NCBI GenBank assembly: GCA_016839765.1
Contig: JAEOTP010000031.1
Span: forward strand, 1 to 32,579
Direction of reading: 5' to 3'
DNA from: Promethearchaeota archaeon
GTDB taxonomy: Archaea > Asgardarchaeota > Lokiarchaeia > Sigyniarchaeales > SOKP01
Length of the DNA: 32,579 bases
Positions 9,096-19,239 of the stretch are shown here, one piece after another. Position 1 is the stretch's first letter; each line of letters opens with the position of its first letter. The notes below the pieces were generated by a model. The model had not been told where the DNA came from. It was given only the letters and a program-made list of their open reading frames with translations, and searched no databases. The position numbers and the translations under genes were made by a program.

Positions 9096-11108
9096 ATGGA
9101 TATCTCAAAAGCTACCAAAATAAAATTACCTGATGAGTTACCACCTGATCCAATTTTTAAGGAAGGTATTCGGAGAGCTCCAAATCGCGGATATGCTTTA
9201 TCCAAAAAAGAAACAGAACTAGCATTGAAAAATGCTTTAAGATATATTCCTGAAAAGCTACAAAAGATTTTAGCTCCAGAATTTTTAAATGAACTAGTTA
9301 CTAAAGGAAGAATTTATGGATATCGATATAGGTCCACTGACACAATAAAAGCTAAGCCTATAACGGAATATCAAGGAATTCTGGAAGCCAGGGCCATCCA
9401 ATTAATGATTGATAATAATTTAGATTTTGAAGTAGCACTATACCCTTATGAATTGGTCACTTATGGTGAAAGTGGGCAAGTATGTCAGAATTGGATGCAA
9501 TATCAGTTGATAAAGAAATATCTTGAAATAATGAATGAAAATCAGACTCTTGTTGTGATGTCAGGGCATCCTTTAGGTCTTTTTCCTAGCAAACGAGAAG
9601 CACCTAGAGTGATTATGACAAACGGTTTAGTGATAGGAATGTTTGATACATCACAAGATTTTCAACGATTAACAGCTCTAGGTGTTGCTAATTATGGTCA
9701 AATGACTGCAGGAGGATGGATGTATATAGGTCCTCAAGGTATTGTGCACGGAACTTATATAACTCTACTAAATGCTGGTAGATTATATTTAAATATTTCT
9801 CCAAAAGAAGGACTTAAAGGAATTTTGTATCTCAGCTCAGGTTTGGGTGGTATGAGCGGTGCTCAAGCGAAAGCAGTTGAAATAGCAGGGGGAATAGGAG
9901 TAATAGCAGAAGTTGATAATTCTAGGATTCAAACACGCTATAAACAAGGATGGGTAAGCAAAACATCAGATAATCTCGAGGAAATTTTTAATTGGGTTGA
10001 TGATTACAAGAAAAAAGGTGAAGCAATATCAATTGCTTATCATGGAAATATAATAGATGTATGGGAATATGTTGTAAATAATAATGTTGGTGTCGAACTT
10101 GCTTCTGATCAGACCTCTTGTCATGCAGCTTATGAAGGGGGCTATACTCCAATGGGAATGAGTTTTGAAGAAGGTAGAGAACTTTTAAAAACTGATCGCG
10201 AGAAATTTGTGAATAAAGTAAACGAATCTCTTAAGAAGCATTATGAATTAATTAAGAAAATGTCTCAGAGAGGGACAAAGTTTTGGGATTATGGAAATTC
10301 ATTTCTCAAAGCAGTTTACGACGCAGGAGCAACTGATATAGCAATTATGGGGGATCCTAAGAATGGCTTTATTTTTCCATCTTACGTTCAAGATATAATG
10401 GGGCCAATATGTTTTGATTTTGGATATGGTCCCTTTCGTTGGGTTTGTTTAAGTTTAAAGCATTCTGATTTAATTAAAACTGATGAAGCAGCTCTTTCAT
10501 GTATAGATCCCAATAGAAGAGCTCAAGATCGTGATAATTGGTATTGGATAAAAAATGCTGAAGAGAATAACTTAGTCGTTGGATCTCAAGCTCGTATATT
10601 GTATGCAGATAGAGAGACTCGAGTAAAAATAGCCTTAAAATTCAATGAAATGATAAGAAATGGAGATATAGGGCCTATTATGTTGGGAAGAGATCATCAT
10701 GATACGGGAGGTACAGATTCACCGTTTAGAGAAACTTCTAATATTAAAGATGGGAGCAATATAATGGCAGAAATGGCTCATCATTGTTGGGCGGGAAATA
10801 TTGCAAGAGGAATGACAATGTGCGTTCTTTCTAATGGGGGCGGAGTTGGTACAGGGAAAGCGATAAATGGTGGATTTGGATTAGTTATGGATGGTTCGCA
10901 AAGAGTTAATGAAATTATTAAAAGTGCTATTGACTGGGATGTCTCATGTGGTGTAGCTCGAAGGGCATGGGCTAGAAATGAAAATGCTCTTGAAGTAGCC
11001 AAAATTTGGAATATGGAGCATAAAGATGGTCATATTACAATTCCTTTTTTAGCCGATAATGATTTAATAAATGATGTGATAAATGAATACTTTAAAAGTT
11101 CAAAATAA
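9096..11108 (+). CDS. hutU: Urocanate hydratase (long, about 670-aa type)
   Basis: NNLDFEVA-YP-ELVTYG, YGQMTAGGWMYIGPQGIVHGT, GLGGMSGAQ, SDQTSCH, FWDYGN, GRDHHD, SPFRET, NGGGVG. Confidence 0.96.
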   Translation: MDISKATKIKLPDELPPDPIFKEGIRRAPNRGYALSKKETELALKNALRYIPEKLQKILAPEFLNELVTKGRIYGYRYRSTDTIKAKPITEYQGILEARAIQLMIDNNLDFEVALYPYELVTYGESGQVCQNWMQYQLIKKYLEIMNENQTLVVMSGHPLGLFPSKREAPRVIMTNGLVIGMFDTSQDFQRLTALGVANYGQMTAGGWMYIGPQGIVHGTYITLLNAGRLYLNISPKEGLKGILYLSSGLGGMSGAQAKAVEIAGGIGVIAEVDNSRIQTRYKQGWVSKTSDNLEEIFNWVDDYKKKGEAISIAYHGNIIDVWEYVVNNNVGVELASDQTSCHAAYEGGYTPMGMSFEEGRELLKTDREKFVNKVNESLKKHYELIKKMSQRGTKFWDYGNSFLKAVYDAGATDIAIMGDPKNGFIFPSYVQDIMGPICFDFGYGPFRWVCLSLKHSDLIKTDEAALSCIDPNRRAQDRDNWYWIKNAEENNLVVGSQARILYADRETRVKIALKFNEMIRNGDIGPIMLGRDHHDTGGTDSPFRETSNIKDGSNIMAEMAHHCWAGNIARGMTMCVLSNGGGVGTGKAINGGFGLVMDGSQRVNEIIKSAIDWDVSCGVARRAWARNENALEVAKIWNMEHKDGHITIPFLADNDLINDVINEYFKSSK

Positions 11109-11126
11109 ATTAAATATTTTAAAAAA

Positions 11127-12650
11127 ATGATTAAAATGGTAGAATTATTCAAATATGGTCAAGATCAATTAACTGCTGAATTAGCTTTAAAAATAGCAAG
11201 AGGAGAATTAAAAGCTGTACTTACTGAACAATCTGAAACAAAAGTCAATACAAGTTTCAAAGCCGTACAAACAATTGCTAAAGGAGAGAAATTAGTTTAT
11301 AGTATTAATACTGGATTTGGTTCTTTATGTACAACAAGAATTTCTAAAGAAGAAACAAGGAAATTACAGGAAAATCTCCTTAAAAGTCACAGTGTTGGAT
11401 TAGGAGCTTCTATTGATCAAGAAATTGCTAAATTAATGCTGATTCTAAAAGTTCATACACTATGTAAAGGCTATTCGGGATGTTCTCTAGAATTAATTAA
11501 ACGTATAATTTGGCATATTGAAAATGATTATATTTCCTTAGTACCTAAGCAAGGTTCTGTTGGCGCATCTGGAGATCTTGCTCCTTTAGCCCATCTATTT
11601 TTACCTTTAATAGGACTGGGCTATTTATCAAAGGATGGAATAAATTATAAACCATCTATAGAAATTTTAGATAAAAATAACTTAAAACCGTTAATACTTC
11701 ATGCAAAGGAAGGTGTAGCTTTGATTAATGGCACACAATTTATGTCTGCTTATGCTATTAAAATAACTGAAAGATTCTCTAACTGCCTTGAGCATGCAGA
11801 TATAATTGGAGCCCTCACACTTGAAGCATATTTAGGCTCACCCCAACCATTTGATGAAAGACTAATAAATCTAAGACCACATCAAGGAGCTAAAATCGTC
11901 GCCAAAAACTTTAGACGGTTTTTAAAAGCATCTCAGTTTATTGAGTCTCATAAGGATTGTGGAAGGGTTCAAGACCCTTATTCTATTCGCTGCATCCCAC
12001 AAGTTCATGGAGCTTCTAGAGATGCGTTATTTCACTTAATTGAAAAGTTGGATTGTGAATTAAATTCAGTTACAGACAATCCTATAATATTTAATGAAGA
12101 AGATACAATTAGTGGAGGAAACTTTCATGGTCAACCATTGGCTTTACCTTTAGATTATGTGGGTTTAGCTGCCTCTGAACTAGGAAATATCTCTGATCGC
12201 CGAATATATCTCCTTTTAGAAGGAAAATGGGGAATTCCTGAGTATTTAATTAAAGAATCTGGTCTAAATTCAGGATTTATGATTACTCAGTATACTTCCG
12301 CAGCATTGGTAAGCGAAAATAAATCAATGTGTTTTCCAGCAAGTGCAGACAGTATTCCTACTTCAATGGGTCAAGAAGACCATGTAAGTATGGGATCTAT
12401 TAGTGCTAGAAAAACTTTAAAAATTATAGAAAATCTTGAAAAGGTGTTAGCAATTGAGCTTTTATGCGCTTCCCAAGCATTTGATTTCAGAAGACCATTG
12501 AGATCAAGCAAAATTTTAGAATCTTGCCATTCATATATACGTCAAGTGATTCCTCATGTTAATAATGATGTTATACTTTCTGAATATATTGAGAAAAGTT
12601 TGGAAATTATAAGAAGTAAGGAATTATTAGAGTTAATTAAACAAGTATAG
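11127..12650 (+). CDS. hutH: Histidine ammonia-lyase
   Basis: YSINTGFG; MIO-forming GSVGASGDLAPL; ALINGTQ; QDPYSIRCIPQVHGA; GGNFHG; QEDHVSMG. Alternative start at 11136. Confidence 0.96.
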   Translation: MIKMVELFKYGQDQLTAELALKIARGELKAVLTEQSETKVNTSFKAVQTIAKGEKLVYSINTGFGSLCTTRISKEETRKLQENLLKSHSVGLGASIDQEIAKLMLILKVHTLCKGYSGCSLELIKRIIWHIENDYISLVPKQGSVGASGDLAPLAHLFLPLIGLGYLSKDGINYKPSIEILDKNNLKPLILHAKEGVALINGTQFMSAYAIKITERFSNCLEHADIIGALTLEAYLGSPQPFDERLINLRPHQGAKIVAKNFRRFLKASQFIESHKDCGRVQDPYSIRCIPQVHGASRDALFHLIEKLDCELNSVTDNPIIFNEEDTISGGNFHGQPLALPLDYVGLAASELGNISDRRIYLLLEGKWGIPEYLIKESGLNSGFMITQYTSAALVSENKSMCFPASADSIPTSMGQEDHVSMGSISARKTLKIIENLEKVLAIELLCASQAFDFRRPLRSSKILESCHSYIRQVIPHVNNDVILSEYIEKSLEIIRSKELLELIKQV

Positions 12651-12661
12651 ATGTTCTAAAA

Positions 12662-14005
12662 ATGTCGGTTACTTCTACGGTTTCTTTAAAAAAAACCAAA
12701 AAAAAGAAAGAGTCTTTAACATCAATTATTGCAAAAGAACAATCTCCAGATTTGATAATTATTCATGCAAATCAACTGGTAACTTTAGATTCGAAATATG
12801 GAGTCCCAAGAATAGGTGATGAAATGCAAAATCTTGCAATTATTGAGGATGGAGCTCTTGCTGTTATTGATAATAGAATTGAATTTGTAGGCACTACCGA
12901 AGAATTATTTTCTTTTTACACGATTAACCAAGATGTACTTGTGATTGATGCCAGTAACGAGCTTGTAACTCCTGGATTTGTTGATCCTCATACACATATA
13001 ATTTTTGATGGTTCAAGAGAAAATGAGCTAGAAATGAAATTAAAAGGAATGTCTTATCTTGAAATATTGAATGCAGGTGGAGGGATTCTAAAAACTGTAA
13101 AAGCAACAAGAAAAGCATCTATAGAAAAATTAGTGGAAAATGGGAAAAAGATTCTTGATCGTATGATGAAATTTGGCACAACTACAGTTGAGACAAAATC
13201 GGGATACGGGCTTGATGTTGAAAGTGAAATTAAATCATTGAGAGCAGCAAAAATTTTAAATAATAAGCATCCAATTGATCTGATTTCAACTTTTTTAGGA
13301 GCTCATGCGATCCCTCCAGAATATAAGAATAAGAAAGAAGATTATATTAACTTGATAATTTCAGAAATGATTCCTAAAATTGCTAGTGAAGAATTAGCTG
13401 AATTTTGCGATGTTTTTTGTGAGGAGGGGATATTTTCTATTGAAGAGACGAAAAAAATATTGAGTATTGCTAAACATTTTGGTTTGAAACCTCAAATTCA
13501 TATTGATGAGATAGTAGATACGAATGGAGCATTATTAGCAGCTGAAATGAATGTTGTACAGACTGGACACTTATTAAAATCGAATGATGAGGGTTTAAAA
13601 GCAATGGCTAAAATGGGTGTAATTGCCACACTTTTACCCGGAACACCATTCTCGCTGATGTTAAAAGACTATGCTCCAGCTAGAAAGATGATAGATCTTG
13701 GAATTCCAATAGCCCTAGCAACAGATTTGAACCCAAACTGTTGGACGGAGTCGATGCAGATGATTATAGCTCTAGCATGTTATAAAATGAAAATGACCCC
13801 CGCTGAAGCTTTAACTGCAGCTACCATTAATGGAGCCTGTGCACTCCAAAAGCAGGATCAAATTGGAAGCATCGAAATAGGTAAAAAAGCAGATATTTTA
13901 ATATTTGAGGTACCAAATTATAACTTTCTACCTTATCAATTCGGTGTTAATTTAATAGATAAAGTTATTAAAAATGGAAAAATAGTTTTTGAAAATATTT
14001 TTTAA
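12662..14005 (+). CDS. hutI: Imidazolonepropionase
   Basis: PGFVDPHTH, GGGI, GTTTVETKSGYGL, TFLGAHA, CDVFCEEG, ALATDLNP, EALTAATINGA. Confidence 0.95.
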   Translation: MSVTSTVSLKKTKKKKESLTSIIAKEQSPDLIIIHANQLVTLDSKYGVPRIGDEMQNLAIIEDGALAVIDNRIEFVGTTEELFSFYTINQDVLVIDASNELVTPGFVDPHTHIIFDGSRENELEMKLKGMSYLEILNAGGGILKTVKATRKASIEKLVENGKKILDRMMKFGTTTVETKSGYGLDVESEIKSLRAAKILNNKHPIDLISTFLGAHAIPPEYKNKKEDYINLIISEMIPKIASEELAEFCDVFCEEGIFSIEETKKILSIAKHFGLKPQIHIDEIVDTNGALLAAEMNVVQTGHLLKSNDEGLKAMAKMGVIATLLPGTPFSLMLKDYAPARKMIDLGIPIALATDLNPNCWTESMQMIIALACYKMKMTPAEALTAATINGACALQKQDQIGSIEIGKKADILIFEVPNYNFLPYQFGVNLIDKVIKNGKIVFENIF

Positions 14006-14015
14006 TAGTTCTCTC

Positions 14016-14933
14016 TTAAAAATCAAAGTAATATTCTAACAAATGCTTTTCATCAAGTTTTTCTGGATTTGATAGCTGTAAATAATATTCTAAAGAGTTA
14101 AGAACAGCACCCAAAGGTAAAACTCCGATCAATTCAGTACCAATAATATTTACTCCAAATCGTCTTGCTTCTATTCTTACAAGCTCCATCTGTCTATAAA
14201 GTGGTGTTTTTTTATAGTTAATGTTACTAATTCCGACTTGTACATAATTTCTCCCCTCTAAAAACGTTCCCATAGCTTTGATATTGATTAATCCACCAGA
14301 ACGTAGGTGAATGGCTTTAGCTACCTTTTTAGCAATATTCAGATCTTTAGTCCCAAGATTAATATTAAAACTAATTAATGGTTGTCTAGCACCAGTAATT
14401 AAAGCTCCTGCTGTTGGATGTAATTCCTCAGGGCCATAATCAGGTTTACGTTCAGGATCTGTTTTAATTGCTTCTCTAAGCCCTTCATATTCTCCAACTC
14501 TTATATTATCTATATTAATTCTATCTAGTTTACGGGCAGATTCTTCATATAAATATACCGGAATTCCTTCGTTTGCCATACCTTCTGCAAATTTCACTGA
14601 TAAGTCTATACACTCTTCAATGGAAACATTTTGAGCAGGTACAAATGGTACTACATCTACAGCACCAATTCTGGGGTGTTGTCCTTTATGATTGTTCATA
14701 TCAATTAATTCAACGGCTCTTTTCGCAGCAGCAATATTTGCTTTTAATACTGCTTCTGGAGTTCCTACAAAAGTAATGACGGCTCGATTATAATTTGTAT
14801 CATATTGAACATCTACAATTCTCGTATCTGATGTATTCTTAATTTCATTCACTATTTTCTCAATTTTATTACTATCCTTCCCTTCGCTATAATTAGGTAC
14901 AGATTCCACTATTTTCTTTTTTTTATTTTCCAT
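14016..14933 (-). CDS. ftcD: Glutamate formimidoyltransferase (formiminotransferase domain only)
   Basis: VESVPNYSEG, HKGQHPRIGAVDVVPF, PVYLYE, RVGEYEGL, PDYGP-HPTAG, GARQPL-FNINL. At 305 aa it has no fused cyclodeaminase. Confidence 0.92.
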   Translation of the reverse strand: MENKKKKIVESVPNYSEGKDSNKIEKIVNEIKNTSDTRIVDVQYDTNYNRAVITFVGTPEAVLKANIAAAKRAVELIDMNNHKGQHPRIGAVDVVPFVPAQNVSIEECIDLSVKFAEGMANEGIPVYLYEESARKLDRINIDNIRVGEYEGLREAIKTDPERKPDYGPEELHPTAGALITGARQPLISFNINLGTKDLNIAKKVAKAIHLRSGGLINIKAMGTFLEGRNYVQVGISNINYKKTPLYRQMELVRIEARRFGVNIIGTELIGVLPLGAVLNSLEYYLQLSNPEKLDEKHLLEYYFDF

Positions 14934-15029
14934 ATTAAGTACCTCTTATATTTTAAACACATTCTAAATTTTTAATATTTAAACTAATAAAATTGGTAAC
15001 TCACTAATTATTCAAAATAAATTTAATAA

Positions 15030-16292
15030 TTATAAAGAATACACCTTTCGCTTATAGGTTTTATCAGTAAAAATATAAACTTTATCTTTTCCATTCCCTA
15101 TAGCAGGTTCTTTAATCTTTAACTCTATCAAGATTTTATTATCCTTAGTACCTCTTGGTGATTTATTAACCTTTCTACCTTCATATTGAAGGTCTTGTGC
15201 TTTTTGATGAATATAGGTGTCTGTTTCTTTACCCATGATAATTAGGTCATCACCTTGAGAAATAAAACCATTATTTAATGAAATTCGGGCAAATCTTGTT
15301 TGTTGATTGAAACTATCAATACGGCCAACCCTAATATATCGATAATGTGAAAGATTGTACGGATAGTTATGCTGATGATCAACTTCCGTCATTCTTTTAA
15401 AATAAAAACCCGAAGTAAATCCTCTATTATATACTCTTTTCAATTCAGATACCCAACGCCCTACTTTTTTTTTTGTGAAATTTCCTTCATAATACGCTTC
15501 AATTGCTTCTCTATATACTTTACTAACAATTTCTACATAATGAGGATGTCTCATACGCCCTTCTATTTTAAATGCATCAATTTTTGCTTCAATTAAATCT
15601 GGAACATAAGCAATTGTGCATAAATCTCTTGAATTCATAAATCTTATTCCATCATAGATATATTCTGCTCCGGATTCTTCTCGAACCCACCACCTCCTTC
15701 TACAGGGTTGAATACAATTACCTCTATTTGCAGATTTTTCTTCAGTTCCGCATATATCTTGAGAAAAATAACACCTTCCACTTATAGAAGTACACATTGC
15801 TCCATGAATAAACACTTCTACTTCCGTTTTGGTTAAGTTTCTTTTAATTTCTTTTATTTTTCCTAGTGACAATTCTCTGGCTAATATTAAACGTTTCGCA
15901 CCTAAATTTTCATAAAATCTAGCTGATAGAGAATTAGATACATTACATTGAGTAGAAATATGAAAAGGGACTCCAATATCTTTAGCAATCTGAACTGCTG
16001 CTAGGTCATGTACTATTACGGCATCAATTCCTGCTTCTTTCCCCTTTTTAATAATATTTCTTAGTTCTTCTAATTCATTATCATAAACTAAAATATTGGT
16101 TGCTAAGTATGATTTCAAATTGTTATTATGACAGTAATTTATAATCTTAGGTAAATCATCTATAGGAATATTTTCAGTCCTCATTCTCATGTTGAAGCTT
16201 TCAACACCAAAATAAATAGAATCTGCATATTCTGAAGCTGCTTTTATCGCTTTAAAGTTTTTTGCCGGAGCCAATAATTCTACTCTCTTCAT
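15030..16292 (-). CDS. Peptidase U32 family Fe-S protein (TrhP/RlhA-like, probable RNA hydroxylase)
   Basis: ELLAPA, HISTQ, ILARELSL, EVFIHGAMC-SISGRC, NRGNCIQPCR, FKIEGR, NRGFTSGFY. Confidence 0.9.
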   Translation of the reverse strand: MKRVELLAPAKNFKAIKAASEYADSIYFGVESFNMRMRTENIPIDDLPKIINYCHNNNLKSYLATNILVYDNELEELRNIIKKGKEAGIDAVIVHDLAAVQIAKDIGVPFHISTQCNVSNSLSARFYENLGAKRLILARELSLGKIKEIKRNLTKTEVEVFIHGAMCTSISGRCYFSQDICGTEEKSANRGNCIQPCRRRWWVREESGAEYIYDGIRFMNSRDLCTIAYVPDLIEAKIDAFKIEGRMRHPHYVEIVSKVYREAIEAYYEGNFTKKKVGRWVSELKRVYNRGFTSGFYFKRMTEVDHQHNYPYNLSHYRYIRVGRIDSFNQQTRFARISLNNGFISQGDDLIIMGKETDTYIHQKAQDLQYEGRKVNKSPRGTKDNKILIELKIKEPAIGNGKDKVYIFTDKTYKRKVYSL

Positions 16293-16407
16293 AACATTTA
16301 ATTTTACTTATAAGTTTTCCAATATCTCAATATAATAAAAGAATCATGATATTATTTAAAAAAATTGAAAAAATTTAAGATAAAAAGATAATTTTTTCTT
16401 ACAAATT

Positions 16408-17454
16408 ATGAATGAAGATAAAAGCAAAAGAATTTCCAATTGGTTAAAAAGAAGAAAACGGCTTATTATAGGAATTACTACTATTATTTTAATCATTGTT
16501 ATGATTATATTCGTGGATTTTGAAAGTTTTATTCATAAAATAATCATTATTGGACCTTTTGGTTTATTGGCCTTTATTATTACATATACCCTAGCTTTTA
16601 TTTTAAGAGCATACAAATTAAAACTGGTATTTAAGGGTATTAATCAAAAAATTAGTTATTCTACATCATATTTTTCATTAGGTGCTTCCTTTTTCATTAA
16701 TAGTGTGATTCCAGGTAAAGTAGGTGATGTTGCAAAGATATTTATTATAAAAGATCAAGAAAATATTGGATTAGGTGAATCAACAGCTGGTATTGCCGTA
16801 GAAAGAATATTAGATTTGATATTATTGTTTATTATAAGCTGCTTTGCTTTAATTTTTTTATACTTAAGTAATATTGGAGAAGCCAGCGATAGAGAAGTTT
16901 TAGGGTTAAAATTACAATTTTATTTAATTATTGGTGCCGTATTAATAATTGGTATATTAATTCTTATAATTTTATTATTATATAAAACAGAAACCGTAAT
17001 AAAACTAATAGCAAAGATTTCTCCAAAAATTGCATATTATATCGGAAGATTTGTCGTAAATTTTAAAAGAGGTATTAAAGAATTAAAAGAAAACAAAAAA
17101 GTCTTAATATATATCATTCTGTTAGGCGTTCCAGTCTACGTTATTGATGCATTTATTATTGTAATATTCTTTTATGCATTAGGACTCCATCTAAACATTT
17201 TAATATTAATTTTGGCTGTGATCATATCCTTTTTCAGTCAAGTACTTCCTATATTACCAGGAGGTTGGATAATATCAGAAAATATTGGGGCAGTGTTTAT
17301 AGTCTTATTTTATCCTTTCTTAGGGTATGATAATATTTTAGCAATTTTTATAATTGATCACCTAATTAGACAAGTATATGTTTTATTCTTCGGAGGATAT
17401 TCTATTTTCCGTTTTAATTTCAGTTTAAAAGAATTTAAAGATATGAAAGAATAA
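16408..17454 (+). CDS. Flippase-like membrane protein (UPF0104 / lysylphosphatidylglycerol synthase TM / AglD C-terminal-like)
   Basis: About 8 hydrophobic segments; LRAYKL, NSVIPGKVGDVAK, VERILD, LPILPGG-E. Confidence 0.85.
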   Translation: MNEDKSKRISNWLKRRKRLIIGITTIILIIVMIIFVDFESFIHKIIIIGPFGLLAFIITYTLAFILRAYKLKLVFKGINQKISYSTSYFSLGASFFINSVIPGKVGDVAKIFIIKDQENIGLGESTAGIAVERILDLILLFIISCFALIFLYLSNIGEASDREVLGLKLQFYLIIGAVLIIGILILIILLLYKTETVIKLIAKISPKIAYYIGRFVVNFKRGIKELKENKKVLIYIILLGVPVYVIDAFIIVIFFYALGLHLNILILILAVIISFFSQVLPILPGGWIISENIGAVFIVLFYPFLGYDNILAIFIIDHLIRQVYVLFFGGYSIFRFNFSLKEFKDMKE

Positions 17455-17479
17455 TTATGAAAGTATAATTATTATTTGG

Positions 17480-18205
17480 ATGCAAATGTCAAATATTCAG
17501 AGTATAAGTGTTGTTGTCCCTGCATATAATGAGGAAAAAAATCTTCGTAATAGTATTAATATAATCTATAAATATTTAACAAAATTAGTTGGAAATTATT
17601 TTGAAATATTAATTATTGAAAATGGTAGTACTGATAGAACTGCTGATATAGCAAAAGAGTTAGAAATTGAATATACTAATATAAAAGCATTCTTTTTGCC
17701 CACTCCGTCCCTTGGAGAAGCCTATCGATACGGAACTCTTCAAGCAAATTATGATATGGTCACTGTTTATCCAGTGGATCTTGCTTTTAGCTTAAATTTT
17801 ATTGAGCATGCTTATAACCTTATTGATAAATATCCAATCATTCTTGGTGTTCGATTTCATCAAAAAAGTAAAGTTGATCGTCCCCTAATTCGAATTATGA
17901 TCTCCAAAATCCATACAATATTAGTAAATATTCTTTTTAGCACACACTATAATGATGTGGATAGTTTAAAAGCATTTAGGACAGACATATGTAAAAAGCT
18001 GGTTAAACATACTACTGCAAAAGGTCCCTTTATAGAAGTCGAATTAGTTTATCTAATGAATAAGATAGGAATTGAATTTTGTGAAATTCCGGTAAATCAT
18101 ATCGAAAAAGAAATTGCAAGACATCCTTTGTATATAGTCCGGTCGATTTTAATGAATTTCATTAAATTAATTAAGTATAAGTTTCAATCTTTCTTTATAT
18201 CATAA
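17480..18205 (+). CDS. GT2 glycosyltransferase, polyprenyl-phosphate sugar synthase-like (DPM1/ALG5/AglD-N-like)
   Basis: ISVVVPAYNEE, IIENGSTDRT, degenerate DxD (YPVDL), ILGVR, D-SLKAF, EIPV. Confidence 0.85.
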   Translation: MQMSNIQSISVVVPAYNEEKNLRNSINIIYKYLTKLVGNYFEILIIENGSTDRTADIAKELEIEYTNIKAFFLPTPSLGEAYRYGTLQANYDMVTVYPVDLAFSLNFIEHAYNLIDKYPIILGVRFHQKSKVDRPLIRIMISKIHTILVNILFSTHYNDVDSLKAFRTDICKKLVKHTTAKGPFIEVELVYLMNKIGIEFCEIPVNHIEKEIARHPLYIVRSILMNFIKLIKYKFQSFFIS

Positions 18206-19107
18206 AATATTTCACTCAAAAATCTATTCATTCTAATAAGTTTATAATTATTTATAGGTTTTAACTCGTCATTATTTATTAATTTAACAATACAATCCCC
18301 CATATCTATACCTGCAGCCTTTGTTATTATTGAGGATGCTCCTAGTCTTGGATTAATCTCAATAATGAATTGTTCATTCTCTGGAGTGAGAAATACTTGT
18401 AAATTAATTGGACCATAAAATTTTAAGTTGGAAATTATCTTATTAACGTTTTTAAGAAATATTTCATTATTAACGGTTTCACCTTTATAACATATCCCAA
18501 ATCTTACTTCGATTCTCTTTCTAGGGACCGCATATATTAATTCTCCGTTTTCACCACAAAAACAATCAATAGTATATTCTTGACCAGTGATTTTCTTTTG
18601 AGCAATATATTCTGAAGGAACATTTTCATATTTCAATCCGTCATCGATAATTCCTTTAGTACCAACTCCTCTTCTTAATTTATAAATTACATCATTTCCT
18701 ATATTTTTAGAAACATTCTCTAAACAAGTTATTGGTGTAGGAATATTATTAGATGAAAAAAATTTATAAGTTTCCCATTTGTCATTACATATTTTAACTG
18801 TTTTATATGGTGAGGCAATAAGTTTAGTTTCTAATTTTGTTCTATATTTTGATAATATTTCCACCTCAGTATCATAAATTGGTATGATGGCATCAATTTT
18901 TTCCTTATTGCAGACTTCATTTATTTTTTCAATATAAAAAGAATCTTCGGCACTAGGAACTAAATAAAATTTATCACAAAAATAACTCCCAGCTAAATAA
19001 TAGGCATCTTGACGATCTGTACCTACGATTCTAGTTTTATTTCTATCAAATAATTTAATAGCTGTTATAGCTGGATTAGCCCCAATGCTCGTTATAAGAA
19101 TATTCAT
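18184..19107 (-). CDS. ATP-grasp ligase (CarB-like small ATP-grasp family found in glycan loci)
   Basis: Likely start MNILITSIG at 19107 (the ORF track extends to 19161); IDAIIP, CNDKW, RRGVGTKG, QKKITGQEYTID, GPINLQ, IEINPR. Confidence 0.85.
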   Translation of the reverse strand: MNILITSIGANPAITAIKLFDRNKTRIVGTDRQDAYYLAGSYFCDKFYLVPSAEDSFYIEKINEVCNKEKIDAIIPIYDTEVEILSKYRTKLETKLIASPYKTVKICNDKWETYKFFSSNNIPTPITCLENVSKNIGNDVIYKLRRGVGTKGIIDDGLKYENVPSEYIAQKKITGQEYTIDCFCGENGELIYAVPRKRIEVRFGICYKGETVNNEIFLKNVNKIISNLKFYGPINLQVFLTPENEQFIIEINPRLGASSIITKAAGIDMGDCIVKLINNDELKPINNYKLIRMNRFLSEIFYDIKKD

Positions 19108-19239
19108 TGTTCTAAATATTAAAAAATTTTCAAGTATAATTAAATTAAGTAATATATTCAAAAAAAAAATACCTAAAAATAAAAATTAGAATATATTAAT
19201 GAGAACTATATTATAACTACATATAAAAGATTTCTTTAT

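Noticed and set aside
12662-12745. Basic KKTKKKK stretch at the HutI N-terminus as a targeting signal
   Set aside because: It is encoded by an A-rich tract and the start codon is uncertain; nothing supports a function.
18184-19107. ATP-grasp plus methyltransferase as a RiPP or peptide natural-product cluster
   Set aside because: No precursor peptide is evident, and all neighbours are NDP-sugar or glycosylation genes.
19108-19161. 18-aa N-terminal extension of the ATP-grasp ORF
   Set aside because: MNILITSIG at 19107 is the typical family start; the upstream in-frame segment is probably AT-rich divergent promoter DNA.
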